Positions 19,648 through 29,566 of a stretch of DNA of 64,000 nucleotides are shown here, piece by piece. A model generated the notes under the pieces. The model did no database searches. It was not told the origin of the DNA and was given only the letters and a program-made list of their open reading frames with translations. Within the stretch, counting starts at the first letter, position 1. Each line of letters opens with the position of its first letter. Source of the DNA: Betaproteobacteria bacterium (GTDB lineage Bacteria > Pseudomonadota > Gammaproteobacteria > Burkholderiales > JACQAP01); assembly GCA_016194905.1 (NCBI GenBank), contig JACQAP010000026.1, forward strand, positions 28,418-92,417, in the 5' to 3' direction. The translations under genes and the position numbers were made by a program.

Positions 19648-20035
19648 TTGGGGCGCACGCGCTGTGTAAGCCGGGATGATTGTAAACGTGAAAAATGATT
19701 CGTGTCGCCGCATGAAAACAATCGCATCCTGCTGATGCTGGAGGGACTCGGCATCCGCATGCAGGCCCCGCCCGTTTTCCTCCGCTACCGCCCGCCTGCA
19801 TTCGCGCAGCGCTCTGCCGAGTCCGGGTTGCGAGAGCATGACTTTGTCTGTCGATCGCCGCATCCGGATTCTGGCTGCAAACGTCTTCGAACATGCCATT
19901 GCGCACAATTCCGGCACTTCGGATCGGTTCCCAGAGCGGAAGGCCGTCGGCTATACTGCGCCACCCGCGAAACTGCTAGGCTTTCAATGTCCTGCGCCAT
20001 TGCAAGCTGCAACGGAAGACAGAACAGGCTCCGTC

Positions 20036-20824
20036 GTGAATCCCTCTGAGCCCGGCCGCCCTCATGTCTCGGCGGTTGTCATCACGCTAAACGCCTCGAA
20101 TCAGTTGGAGGCCTGTCTGCAGAGCCTGGAGTTCGCCGACGAGATCGTCGTGGTGGATTCGGGAAGCACGGATCGAACCGTTGAAATAGCGAGGGCACGC
20201 GGAGCCAGAGTGGTTCACCAGGCGTGGCTGGGTTACGGCCCTCAGAAGCGTTTTTCGGTGGAGCAAGCCTCGAACGACTGGGTTTTTTGCGTGGACGCTG
20301 ACGAGCGGGTGAGCTCCGAATTGCGCGGCAGTCTCGAGAAGGCACTGAGCAGGCCGGCGTTTCGCGCGTATGAGATGGCGAGATGCAACCACTTCATGGG
20401 CCGCTGGCTGCGGCACGGCGAAGGCTACCCGGACTGGAACCTGAGATTATTCGACCGCCGCAGCGCGCGCTGGTCGAAGGATCCGGTTCACGAAAAAGTC
20501 CTCACGGAAACGGTGGTCGGAAGGCTCGATGGTGATCTTTTGCATGAATCGGCTGAGACACTGCATTCCTATCTGGAGAAGCAGAACCGCTACACCAGTC
20601 TGCAGGCGGGGATACTGTATCGGGAAGGCGTTCGACCGAGCCTGTTCAAACTGGTGTTTTCGCCGCTCGCGAGGTTCCTGAAATTTTATTTTCTGCGGGG
20701 TGGGTTTCTCGATGGCGTTCCCGGGCTGGTTCACATCCTGATTGGCTGCAACAATACGCTGATGAAGAACGCAAAGCTCATAGCTCATTGCAGACGGAAT
20801 GGCGACAACGATGCAACCGGTTGA
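20036..20824 (+). CDS. Glycosyltransferase family 2 (KdtX/WaaE-like LPS core GT)
   Basis: VSAVVITLNASNQLEACLQSL.FADEIVVVDSGSTDRTVEIA and VDADE motifs. The start is set at in-frame GTG 20036, because the track start at 19838 adds 66 non-GT residues. The start is uncertain. Confidence 0.75.
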   Translation: MNPSEPGRPHVSAVVITLNASNQLEACLQSLEFADEIVVVDSGSTDRTVEIARARGARVVHQAWLGYGPQKRFSVEQASNDWVFCVDADERVSSELRGSLEKALSRPAFRAYEMARCNHFMGRWLRHGEGYPDWNLRLFDRRSARWSKDPVHEKVLTETVVGRLDGDLLHESAETLHSYLEKQNRYTSLQAGILYREGVRPSLFKLVFSPLARFLKFYFLRGGFLDGVPGLVHILIGCNNTLMKNAKLIAHCRRNGDNDATG

Positions 20825-20911
20825 CGGCGAGCAAGTGGCACTGGATGCGAAGGTTTCGCAGGCAATTCGCCTTCGACGTGTGATCCGGACCCTCTCCATG
20901 AGTATTTCTGC

Positions 20912-22018
20912 ATGACCGGCGAAAGCCGCTGGTTGCCGAGACCCGATGATGCGCCGTCGCTTCAGGATGTTCGTCGCGCGCTCGTCGTCAAGCTCCGTCA
21001 CCTCGGTGATGTCCTGCTGACTTCGCCGGTCTTTTCCTGCCTCAAGAGTCATGCCCCGCATATCGAAGTGGACGCGCTGGTCTATCGCGATACCGCTGAG
21101 ATGCTTGACGGCCACCCCGACATCGCACAACTTTTCACCATCGATCGTAAGTGGAAGCACCTCGGCCTGTTCCGTCAAATCGGTGCGGAAGGTTCGCTTA
21201 TTTCCGCGCTGAAAGCGCGCCGCCATGATCTGATCATCAATCTTACCGAGCACAACAGAGGGGTCTGGCTGAGTCACTTGCTGCGGCCGAAATTCTCGGT
21301 AGCCCCGGCTGGCGAATTTGGCTGGCTATACGATCGCAGCTTCACTCACCGTTATCCCGTGGTCGGCGGCAACCGGCGGCATACAGCGGAGATCCACCTG
21401 GACAGCTTGCGTCGCCTCGGCGTTTATCCGGGGCCGGCAGAGCGCCGCCTCACTCTCGTCCCGGGCGCCGAAGCCAGGGAAAAAGTGTCTCGACGTCTTG
21501 CCGAACACGGCTTGGCCGAGCGTTCATTCATGGTTGTTCACCCCGGGTCGCGTTGGCACTTCAAGTGCTGGACAGTCGCGCACATGCAGGAGTTGATCCG
21601 CGGACTTCAGGCCCAGGGCTGGCGGGTGGTTCTCAGCGCCGCTCCTGATCGCGCCGAACTCGCGCTGGTCGACGATATTCTCGACGGTCTGACAGACGTG
21701 GTGAATTTTGCGGGAAGCCTGTCATTGAAAGAACTGGCCGCCCTGATTGGATGCGCCCGGCTTTTCATTGGCGTGGATTCCGCACCGATGCATATTGCCG
21801 CGGCGATGGGAACGCCGACGGTTGCCCTGTTCGGACCGAGCGGTGACATTGAGTGGGGCCCCTGGCAGGTTCCTTCCCGAATCATCACGGCGGACTATCC
21901 TTGTCGTCCTTGCGGCCTGGATGGATGCGGCGGTGGCAAGCGCAGCGAGTGCCTGGAGGCGATCGGATCAAATCAGGTGCTCGGTGCCGTTAAGTCGCTC
22001 CTCCAGGAAACCGATTGA
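20912..22018 (+). CDS. Glycosyltransferase family 9 (heptosyltransferase III-like)
   Basis: 368 aa with ALVVKLRHLGDVLLTSPVF and FIGVDSAPMHIAAAMGTPTVALFGPS. Confidence 0.85.
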   Translation: MTGESRWLPRPDDAPSLQDVRRALVVKLRHLGDVLLTSPVFSCLKSHAPHIEVDALVYRDTAEMLDGHPDIAQLFTIDRKWKHLGLFRQIGAEGSLISALKARRHDLIINLTEHNRGVWLSHLLRPKFSVAPAGEFGWLYDRSFTHRYPVVGGNRRHTAEIHLDSLRRLGVYPGPAERRLTLVPGAEAREKVSRRLAEHGLAERSFMVVHPGSRWHFKCWTVAHMQELIRGLQAQGWRVVLSAAPDRAELALVDDILDGLTDVVNFAGSLSLKELAALIGCARLFIGVDSAPMHIAAAMGTPTVALFGPSGDIEWGPWQVPSRIITADYPCRPCGLDGCGGGKRSECLEAIGSNQVLGAVKSLLQETD

Positions 22019-23157
22019 GCGCACCCCGCATTGCGCTGATCCGGCAGAAATACAATCCGGCAGGTGGGGCCGAGCGCTTCGTCAGCCGCGCGACCCGGGC
22101 GCTCGTTGAACAGGGTGCCGACATCACATTGATTACCCGCAAATGGGACCAGGATTCGGCGCAGCGCATCGTCCAGCTCACACCCTGGTATCTGGGCAGC
22201 ACCTGGCGGGATTGGAGTTTCAGCCGGGCGGTCTGCCGGCATTTGCAGAACACGCATTACGATCTGGTGCAATCGCATGAGCGCCTCGCCTGCTGCGATG
22301 TATTCCGGGCGGGCGATGGCGTGCATCGCGAATGGTTGATGCAGCGCGCACGCACACTGACTCCGCTGCGGCGGCTGGCGATGCATGTCAATCCGCACCA
22401 TGCGTACGTGCTGCATGCCGAGCGGCAGATGTTCGCAAGCCTCCGATTGCGGACGGTCATCTGCAACTCGCGGATGGTCAAAGACGAGCTTGTCCGTCAC
22501 TACGGCCTGCGTCAGGACCAACTCATCGTCGTGTATAACGGCGTCGACCTGGAGGAGTTCAGCCCACGCCGACGCGAGCCATGGCGCAGCACCCAGCGCC
22601 AGGCACTGGGAATTGCGGAGGAGACGCTCACTCTGCTTCACGTCGGATCCGGGTTTGAGCGCAAGGGCGTAGGGACAATCCTGCGTGCGATCGCACGCGC
22701 CTCGGCTGCCTGTCACCTGATCGTTGTCGGCGGTGACAAGCGCGAGGAGCGCTACAAGTCGTTGGCACACGAACTCGGGATAGCATCGCGGGTGCATTTC
22801 GCCGGCGTGCAGCAAAATCCCAAGCGCTACTATGCGGCCGCGGATGTTTTCATTTCAGCCAGCCTCTACGAGCCGTTCGCCAATGCCAGCATGGAAGCGC
22901 TGGCCATGGGATTGCCGGTGGTGACCAGCACGAAATCGGGAGCGGCGGAGATCCTCGAGCAGGGAAAGACAGGCTATGTCTGTGACGCCCTCGATATTGG
23001 CGGATTCAGCTCGGCCATTGACGCGCTGGCGAACCGCGAACGGCGATTGGTCATGGGCGCCGCGGCACGGGGACTTGCGGAGAAATTCACCGTCGATGCC
23101 ATGACAGCGCAATTACTCAACCTGTATCGACGCCTGCTGGTGGACTCGTCCGTCTAG
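22015..23157 (+). CDS. Glycosyltransferase family 4 (WaaG-like core glycosyltransferase)
   Basis: 380 aa with IALIRQKYNPAGGAERF at the N-terminus and ISASLYEPFANASMEALAMGLPVVTS (E-x7-E region). It overlaps the upstream GT9 by 4 nt. Confidence 0.85.
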   Translation: MSAPRIALIRQKYNPAGGAERFVSRATRALVEQGADITLITRKWDQDSAQRIVQLTPWYLGSTWRDWSFSRAVCRHLQNTHYDLVQSHERLACCDVFRAGDGVHREWLMQRARTLTPLRRLAMHVNPHHAYVLHAERQMFASLRLRTVICNSRMVKDELVRHYGLRQDQLIVVYNGVDLEEFSPRRREPWRSTQRQALGIAEETLTLLHVGSGFERKGVGTILRAIARASAACHLIVVGGDKREERYKSLAHELGIASRVHFAGVQQNPKRYYAAADVFISASLYEPFANASMEALAMGLPVVTSTKSGAAEILEQGKTGYVCDALDIGGFSSAIDALANRERRLVMGAAARGLAEKFTVDAMTAQLLNLYRRLLVDSSV

Positions 23158-23184
23158 CGTGCCGGACACGGGAGACTGCAAATT

Positions 23185-25026
23185 ATGTGTGGAATCGCGG
23201 GATTTTTCTCTCTCGAACCCGTAGCGCCGCAAACGCCGGAGCGCATGCTCGATGTGCTCCGCCGGCGCGGACCCGACGCACAGCACAGCGTCTTGTGGAA
23301 CAGCCGTTTCGAGCGGACACAGGGCGCGGCCTCCAACGCGCTGTTGCATGCGAGACTTTCGATCATCGATCCTCGTCCGGAAGCGGACCAGCCTATGGCG
23401 AACGAGGCCAAAGACATCTGGATCTGCTACAACGGAGAAGTCTATGACTGGGCCGGTCCGGCAGCGGAACTGAAAGCGCTGGGCTATTCCTTTCGCAACC
23501 GCTCCGATACAGAGTTCATTCTGCGTGCCTACGAGGCGTGGGGCATAGATTGCATTGCGCGGCTGCGGGGCATGTTCGCGTTCGCGATTCTCGACCTGAG
23601 GCGGCGAACCGCCTGGCTGGTACGCGATCGCATGGGGCTCAAGCCGCTGATCTACGCCTCCTTCGATGGTCGTCTCGCTTTCGGTTCGACGGTGCGTTCG
23701 GTGCTGCCGTTCCTGCCCGGCTCAAAACGGGAATTCTCTGCCGAAGGCATCGATGCCTATCTGGCGCATCGCTACATTCCCGCGCCGCGAACGGTGTTTT
23801 CCTCCATTAACAGGATCGAGAACGGTCACTACATTCGTTTCGATCTTGACTCTCGCCGGCTGGAGAAGGTGCGTTACTGGTATCCGCGACCGCAAGCGGG
23901 CAACTGGCTGGAAACTCTGGACCAGGCAGTGGAAATGCGAACCGTCGCCGATCGTCCACTCGGCGTGTTCCTGAGCGGCGGCATCGACTCCAGCGTGATC
24001 GCGAGCCGGCTCGCCGCGCTCGGTCATCGCGACCTGCATTCTTTCACCGCCGCATTTCCCGGCTCGCCGATGGATGAAAGCGCGCAAGCCACGGAGGTGG
24101 CCGACAGGTTGGAATTGCGCAATCTCGCCATTCCGATCAATGCGGATATCGCCCGCGATTTCAGTCGCATCGTGGCGGATCTCGACGAGCCTTTTGCCGA
24201 TCCGAGCAGCGTTCCGAGTTGGTATTTGTCGCAGGAAACGACGAATCACGTCAAGGTCGTGCTCGGCGGAGAAGGCGGCGACGAACTGTTGGCGGGGTAC
24301 AAGCGCATGCGACAGCACCTGTGCAGTCGTTGGCGCCGCGGACTGCGCCTGCCGGGCCTGCCAATTTCGTCCTCGATGGCCCGCAGCGGGGGCGCGAAAT
24401 GGATCGCCGAAATGCGCATGTCCTGGAAAGACGCGTACAGCCTGCGCTTTTCAGGTTTCGGGCCGCAGCAGCGTCGATTCCTGTCGGGGGGTAAGCCCCT
24501 GCAGCGGGAGCTTTACTGGCGTGCTGCCGATACCGAAGAGGAAGGCGCGTTGAACGAAATACTGCAAATCGATTGGGCCAACTATCTGCCCGAGTACATT
24601 CTGCGCAAGGGGGATCTTTGCACGATGGCGCACGGACTGGAGTTGCGCGCGCCCTTGCTCGACCATGTATTTTTCCAGACACTGCTGAGCCTGCCTGAAG
24701 AAACGCGCTTCACGAGTCCGCCCAAGCGCATGCTCGCGCCCGCGCTCGTCGCAATCGCCGATCTCGACCTCTTCGCCAGGAAGAAGCGCGGCTTCAATCC
24801 GCCGTTGCAACCCTGGCTGCGCGGAGCGCTGTCTGCCCGGTTCGAAGGGCTGGGAGAGCGGTTGAATGCGATGACGAACGGCATGCTTCCTGGAACGGCC
24901 ATCGCGGAAATGGTCCAGGCCTACAAGTCAGGCGATGAAACGCTGGCGGAAGGAATTTTGCAGCTTCTGATCCTGGACGAATCGCTGGCGCAGTTGAGCA
25001 GCCTGAGAGCGGATGCCAGCCATTGA
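23185..25026 (+). CDS. Asparagine synthase (glutamine-hydrolysing) family amidotransferase, AsnB/WbpS-like
   Basis: 613 aa with MCGIAGF (Ntn nucleophile Cys2) and the SGGIDSS PP-loop. Confidence 0.9.
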   Translation: MCGIAGFFSLEPVAPQTPERMLDVLRRRGPDAQHSVLWNSRFERTQGAASNALLHARLSIIDPRPEADQPMANEAKDIWICYNGEVYDWAGPAAELKALGYSFRNRSDTEFILRAYEAWGIDCIARLRGMFAFAILDLRRRTAWLVRDRMGLKPLIYASFDGRLAFGSTVRSVLPFLPGSKREFSAEGIDAYLAHRYIPAPRTVFSSINRIENGHYIRFDLDSRRLEKVRYWYPRPQAGNWLETLDQAVEMRTVADRPLGVFLSGGIDSSVIASRLAALGHRDLHSFTAAFPGSPMDESAQATEVADRLELRNLAIPINADIARDFSRIVADLDEPFADPSSVPSWYLSQETTNHVKVVLGGEGGDELLAGYKRMRQHLCSRWRRGLRLPGLPISSSMARSGGAKWIAEMRMSWKDAYSLRFSGFGPQQRRFLSGGKPLQRELYWRAADTEEEGALNEILQIDWANYLPEYILRKGDLCTMAHGLELRAPLLDHVFFQTLLSLPEETRFTSPPKRMLAPALVAIADLDLFARKKRGFNPPLQPWLRGALSARFEGLGERLNAMTNGMLPGTAIAEMVQAYKSGDETLAEGILQLLILDESLAQLSSLRADASH

Positions 25027-25050
25027 CTATCATCTTGCGGGCGGGGAAGA

Positions 25051-26184
25051 ATGAATAGCCGCTGGCCGACCAGGATCCTATGTGCGGGTCTGGCGCTCTG
25101 GTATGCGCGCTTTGGACTGGCGCGCCGCAGGCCGCCTGCCTCGCCGCGGCGCATCCTGATTGCGCACAGCCTTCTCCTGGGCGACACCATCATGCTCGCC
25201 CCTTTGCTGAAAAAACTGCGGACGAGATTCCCGCAGGCGGAAATCGTAATGACCTGCAAGCGAGCGTTCCTGCCGTTGTTCGCGTCACGCCCATACGGTG
25301 TCCAGGCCATGCCCTTCGATCCGCGCGATACAGGATCCTTTTTCGCACTGCTTTGCGAACGCGGTTTCGATCTTGCGTTGTTGCCGGCCGACAACAGACT
25401 CAGCTGGCTCGCCCGTGGATTGGATTCGCGCTGGATAGTGGCTTTTGAAGGCGATCATCCCGCTTACAAAAACTGGCTGGTCGACGAGTTCCGGCATTTT
25501 CCGGATCATGCGATGGCGCTGGGCGATCTGTTCGCGGAATTCCTCGTGGACGGTCCGGCGCCTTTGCCTTACGAGAAGACCGATTGGCCGGCGCCGCCGG
25601 CGGAATCGTTCCCGCTGCCCCCGGCTCCTTATTGCGTTCTGCATGTCGGAGCCAGCACGCGGCTGCGGTACTGGGAACCGGAAAAGTGGCGCTCGCTGAT
25701 TGCGCGCCTTGAGGCATCCGGAATAACCCCCGTCATAACGGCCGGCCCGGGCGAAGAAGCCCTGGTCGCGCAGATCGATCCGGAAAAACGTTGTATTTCC
25801 TATCCCGGCCGCCTGTCGCTGCCGCAGATGTGGGGCTTGCTCGCCGGCGCCTCCGCGGTAGTCTGCCCCGATACCGGAGTCGGCCATCTTGCCCGGTTGG
25901 CCGGCGCACCCGCTGTAGTATTATTCGGGCCCGGATCGGCCACATTGTTCAGCGGGGGAGAATTCTGGCGCAACACGCCGGATCGAAAAGTGACGATCCC
26001 CAAATTTTTCTGTCGCGACGAGAACCTCCTGTTTCGCCGTTACCTGCCCTGGGCGGAACATTGCGGCCGCACTACAGCGCAATGCGCGTCGCCGAAATGC
26101 ATGCATGCGCTCACGGCCGACATGGCGATCGACGCGCTGGAATCGTTGCTTGCGGAAACTGGCAAGCGGATGACCTCTGCCTGA
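25051..26184 (+). CDS. Glycosyltransferase family 9
   Basis: 377 aa with RILIAHSLLLGDTIMLAPLLKKLR and VCPDTGVGHLARLAGAPAVVLFGP. Confidence 0.8.
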   Translation: MNSRWPTRILCAGLALWYARFGLARRRPPASPRRILIAHSLLLGDTIMLAPLLKKLRTRFPQAEIVMTCKRAFLPLFASRPYGVQAMPFDPRDTGSFFALLCERGFDLALLPADNRLSWLARGLDSRWIVAFEGDHPAYKNWLVDEFRHFPDHAMALGDLFAEFLVDGPAPLPYEKTDWPAPPAESFPLPPAPYCVLHVGASTRLRYWEPEKWRSLIARLEASGITPVITAGPGEEALVAQIDPEKRCISYPGRLSLPQMWGLLAGASAVVCPDTGVGHLARLAGAPAVVLFGPGSATLFSGGEFWRNTPDRKVTIPKFFCRDENLLFRRYLPWAEHCGRTTAQCASPKCMHALTADMAIDALESLLAETGKRMTSA

Positions 26185-26295
26185 CCGATCGTGAACGGGA
26201 GCATCCGGAGCATGGCATGATGAGAGACGGCAACGTCTTAAGGAAGGGATCCACCTTCGTCCCGGGTTGGTGAAGATAACCGACAGAAAGCAATC

Positions 26296-26808
26296 ATGAG
26301 TGCGGAAAGAAAAATAGCCGTGTTCGCCATTGTGCTGGCGCTGGGCGCGCTGGCGGCTGGCGTATACGCGGGCTGGAAGCGTCCGGTGGCACCGGCCGAT
26401 GTGAACTTCATCGGCGTGCATGGCGATCAGTTCGCGATGTCATCGCTCAAGGGCAAGGTCGTGCTGGTCAATTTCTGGGCGACGTCCTGCACGGTGTGCG
26501 TTAGCGAAATGCCGAAGATGGTGCAGACCTTCGAGAAGTATCGCGGACAGGGGCTCGAAGCCGTTGCAGTGGCGATGTCTTACGATCCGCCGGACCGGGT
26601 ATTCGCTTATGTGCAGCAGAACAAACTGCCGTTTCGCGTGACGCCGGATATTTTCGGCAAGGCGATAGAGGCTTTCGGCGGTATTCGCGGCACCCCCACG
26701 ACTTTCCTCGTGGACCGGAGCGGCAAGATCGTGCAGCGCTTCGAGGGTGAACCGGATTTCGCGATGCTGGGCGAGCTGATCGAGAAGGAACTTTTGAAAA
26801 GCGGGTGA
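26296..26808 (+). CDS. TlpA-family thiol:disulfide oxidoreductase (membrane-anchored periplasmic thioredoxin)
   Basis: 170 aa with an N-terminal TM anchor and VLVNFWATSCTVCVSEMP (a CxxC motif). Confidence 0.85.
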   Translation: MSAERKIAVFAIVLALGALAAGVYAGWKRPVAPADVNFIGVHGDQFAMSSLKGKVVLVNFWATSCTVCVSEMPKMVQTFEKYRGQGLEAVAVAMSYDPPDRVFAYVQQNKLPFRVTPDIFGKAIEAFGGIRGTPTTFLVDRSGKIVQRFEGEPDFAMLGELIEKELLKSG

Positions 26809-26817
26809 TTGAGCGAT

Positions 26818-27597
26818 TCAGTGAACGAGCGGAGGAAGGGCCTTGTTTCGCGCATGAAACATGAATAGCCGCTTACCCATGGTTCTCTTTACGCCAATGT
26901 CAAAGTGTTCTGAAAGATAAGCAAGAAGTTCGAAGTCGCGATTCCCGTGCAACTCGCCATAAATCCATTTGACCCGGTTCAGGAAATCTTTATCGAGGCT
27001 CGTAATGATGTCGTACTCGGCCCCTTCCGTATCGATTTTGATCACGTCTGCATGATCGAGCGCAAGCTCCCGCATCATTGATTCTGCCGAGCGCACTTCG
27101 ACACGCACCTTCTGTGTGACATTGCTACCGGCGCGGTGAAACGAAAACCCGCCGAGATTCGACTCTGAATCCGAAGTGAACATCTCGAACGAGCCGTTCT
27201 CGCGACCCAGGGCGACCGAATGTGGCCGCACATTCTTGAATTGCGCGACATTCTCTCTGAGAATGGCGAAATTAGCCGGAACCGGTTCGAACGCAAAAAT
27301 CCGGGCTTTCGGAAACCGGGCGGCCAGATAAGTCGAAGCAATACCAATATTCGCGCCGATATCCAGAATCACTTCGGCCTTTATATCGTCCGGCAACCAA
27401 TAGTCCGCTTTTTTCCCCGTCTTCAGAAGGATTTCGTAGATCAGATCCTGATCGCTAGTCCCGGGGCGATACCGCAGCTTCGCGCCGTGCCAGTGATACT
27501 CAAAGGCGGTGTTGTAGTTCGGCGCCGAGAATCGATTGCGCACGAAAGAAACGGAGCGCGACCGAAGGAGCCACTTCAATGTTGTTTTGAATGACAT
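26818..27597 (-). CDS. FkbM-family methyltransferase
   Basis: 259 aa with ILDIGANIGIASTY, IFAFEP and KIDTEGAEYDI. Confidence 0.85.
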   Translation of the reverse strand: MSFKTTLKWLLRSRSVSFVRNRFSAPNYNTAFEYHWHGAKLRYRPGTSDQDLIYEILLKTGKKADYWLPDDIKAEVILDIGANIGIASTYLAARFPKARIFAFEPVPANFAILRENVAQFKNVRPHSVALGRENGSFEMFTSDSESNLGGFSFHRAGSNVTQKVRVEVRSAESMMRELALDHADVIKIDTEGAEYDIITSLDKDFLNRVKWIYGELHGNRDFELLAYLSEHFDIGVKRTMGKRLFMFHARNKALPPLVH

Positions 27598-27668
27598 GGA
27601 TTCTCGGTTTTAATGTTGGCGAATTGCGTCGGAGATATTCCCAACCGGCGGAAATGTGCGGGCTGCCG

Positions 27669-28610
27669 TTAAGCCACGCCTGCGTCGTGCGCCTGCTGGT
27701 CGGCGTGGTAGCTGGAGCGCACCAGCGGTCCGCAGGCTGCATGGCGGAAGCCCATGGCCAGCGCTTCCTGCTCGAACTGGTTGAAGCGCGCCGGCTCGAC
27801 GTAGCGCAACACCGGCAAGTGGCCGCGGGTCGGCTGCAGATACTGGCCCAGCGTGAGCATTTCCACGTCGTGGTCGCGCAGGTCGCGCATCACTTGCAGA
27901 ATCTCGTCGTCGGTTTCGCCCAGTCCGAGCATCAGGCCGGACTTGGTCGGGATGTCCGGGAAACCCGCCTTGAAGTCTTTCAGCAGTTTCAGCGAATTCA
28001 GATAGTCGGCCCCGGGCCGCGCCTGCTTGTAGAGCCGCGGCACGGTTTCCAGATTGTGGTTCATCACGTCCGGCGGGTTGGCCGATAACTTCTCCAGCGC
28101 AATTCCCAGCCTCCCGCGAAAATCCGGCACCAGCACTTCGATGCGAGTCTGCGGCGATAGCTCGCGTATCGCGCGGATGCAGTCGGCGAAATGCCGGGCG
28201 CCACCATCGCGCAGATCGTCGCGGTCGACGCTGGTGATGACCACATACTTGAGTTTCATTGCGGCGATGGTCTGCGCCAGATTGGCGGGTTCTTCCGCGT
28301 CGGGCGCGAGCGGGCGGCCGTGCGCGACGGCGCAAAACGGGCAGCGGCGTGTGCACAGGTCGCCGAGGATCATGAACGTCGCTGTGCCTTTGCCGAAGCA
28401 CTCGCCGATGTTCGGGCAGGAGGCCTCTTCGCACACCGTATGCAATTTGTGGTCGCGCAGCGCCTGCTTGATTTCGTAGAAACGCTGGCTGCTCGGCGAT
28501 TTGACGCGAATCCAGTCCGGCTTTTTCAGCGGCGCGATCGGGATGATCTTGACCGGGTTGCGTGCCGTCTTCTGTTCACCGGTCTGGCGTTCGACTTTCG
28601 TCGTGGTCAT
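27669..28610 (-). CDS. lipA: Lipoyl synthase
   Basis: 313 aa from ATG 28610. It has the [13 protein letters not shown] and [10 protein letters not shown] Fe-S/radical-SAM motifs. The track ORF start at 28712 is an upstream extension. Confidence 0.95.
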   Translation of the reverse strand: MTTTKVERQTGEQKTARNPVKIIPIAPLKKPDWIRVKSPSSQRFYEIKQALRDHKLHTVCEEASCPNIGECFGKGTATFMILGDLCTRRCPFCAVAHGRPLAPDAEEPANLAQTIAAMKLKYVVITSVDRDDLRDGGARHFADCIRAIRELSPQTRIEVLVPDFRGRLGIALEKLSANPPDVMNHNLETVPRLYKQARPGADYLNSLKLLKDFKAGFPDIPTKSGLMLGLGETDDEILQVMRDLRDHDVEMLTLGQYLQPTRGHLPVLRYVEPARFNQFEQEALAMGFRHAACGPLVRSSYHADQQAHDAGVA

Positions 28611-28620
28611 CGGAGTCCGT

Positions 28621-29304
28621 TCAGATTCCTGCTGCAAGTCTGTCGAGCAATTTTTCGGCAATGGCCTCGGCCGGGTCGGAGACGCCGAGATCGCGTAGTT
28701 GCGTGACTTCAAGTCCGGGGTAACCGCAAGGATTGATCGCGCCGAACGGCGTCAGGTCCATGTCCACGTTCAGGCTCAGTCCGTGATAGCAGCAACCGTT
28801 GCGTACCCGCAGACCGAGCGCCGCGATCTTGGCGCCGGCGACATAAACGCCCGGCGCATCGTCGCGTCCGTTTGCATCGATGCGATAACCCTCCAGCAAT
28901 TCTATCACCGCCTGCTCCAGCCTTCGCACCAGCGCGCGCACGCCGAGATTGCGCCGGCGCAGGTCGAGCAGGGTGTAGATCACAATTTGTCCCGGACCGT
29001 GATAAGTGATCTGCCCACCGCGGTCCGTCCTGACCAGCGGGATGCCGTTGTCCGTTCGCGGGAGATGCTCGGGCTTGGCCGCTACGCCGAGTGTATACAC
29101 GGGCAGATGCTCGACTTGCCAGAGTTCGTCGGGCGTATCCGCATTGCGCGCGAGAGTGAATTCCTTCATCTGTCGCCAGACGTCTTCGTATTCCGTCAGG
29201 CCGAGCCGGCGAATCAGGGCCGAGGGCCGAGGGCCGAGGGCCGAGAGGTCCGCATCTCGCGGGTTCTTGCTCTCGAACCTCGAACCTCGAACCTCGTTAC
29301 TCAT
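28621..29304 (-). CDS. lipB: Octanoyl/lipoyl-[ACP]:protein transferase
   Basis: [21 protein letters not shown]...[14 protein letters not shown] aligns with the E. coli LipB N-terminus. ATG 29304 overlaps the ybeD-like stop (ATGA). This leaves an unusual extension of about 28 aa that contains two heptanucleotide repeat arrays. Confidence 0.9.
   Translation of the reverse strand: MSNEVRGSRFESKNPRDADLSALGPRPSALIRRLGLTEYEDVWRQMKEFTLARNADTPDELWQVEHLPVYTLGVAAKPEHLPRTDNGIPLVRTDRGGQITYHGPGQIVIYTLLDLRRRNLGVRALVRRLEQAVIELLEGYRIDANGRDDAPGVYVAGAKIAALGLRVRNGCCYHGLSLNVDMDLTPFGAINPCGYPGLEVTQLRDLGVSDPAEAIAEKLLDRLAAGI
29217..29244. repeat. Tandem heptanucleotide repeat (GGGCCGA)x4 inside the lipB 5' coding region
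   Basis: Read directly: gggccga gggccga gggccga gggccga. It is translated on the minus strand as [11 protein letters not shown]. Confidence 0.9.
29272..29296. repeat. Tandem heptanucleotide repeat (CTCGAAC)x3.6 inside the lipB 5' coding region
   Basis: Read directly: ctcgaac ctcgaac ctcgaac ctcg. It is translated on the minus strand as EVRGSRFE. Confidence 0.9.
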
Positions 29305-29564
29305 AAGACCATCACGATCGCCGGATGATCGCAAAGATCGCGATACAGCGCATCGAGCTGTTCGCGCGACGTGGCACGCACGGTGCAGGTCACGCTCAGA
29401 TAGTTGTTCTTCTTGCTGATGCGCATTTCCACCGTGGTCGCGTCGAAACCGGGGGCATGGCGTTGCACGATTTCAACGATAGTCTGCACCAGACGGGGTT
29501 CGCGCCTTCCCATGATCTTGATCGGGAAGTCGGTGGGATACTCGATCAGGGATTCCTGTGCCAT
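29301..29564 (-). CDS. ybeD: DUF493 / YbeD-family small protein
   Basis: 87 aa: MAQESLIEYPTDFPIKIMGR...LSVTCTVRATSREQLDALYRDL. It sits in the conserved position between the aminotransferase and lipB. It is only the last 88 codons of track ORF 29301..30524. Confidence 0.8.
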   Translation of the reverse strand: MAQESLIEYPTDFPIKIMGRREPRLVQTIVEIVQRHAPGFDATTVEMRISKKNNYLSVTCTVRATSREQLDALYRDLCDHPAIVMVL

Positions 29565-29566
29565 GT

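Noticed and set aside
18598-19917. Long N-terminal extensions of track ORFs: this one, and also 16031..17401, 27669..28712, 32155..33102, 35738..37234, 39750..40523, 46403..48766, 50022..51173, 52906..53913 and 57773..59059.
   Set aside because: The extensions are non-homologous and R-rich. They overlap upstream genes or intergenic DNA. Internal ATG/GTG codons with an RBS or stop-start coupling give N-termini that match the family. I trimmed the starts in the feature table.
29217-29296. Considered the tandem repeats near lipB as a CRISPR-like or minisatellite array.
   Set aside because: The units are only 7 bp, there are no spacers, and they lie inside an ORF. They are simple heptanucleotide tandem repeats, not CRISPR. 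I noticed no CRISPR array anywhere in the window.
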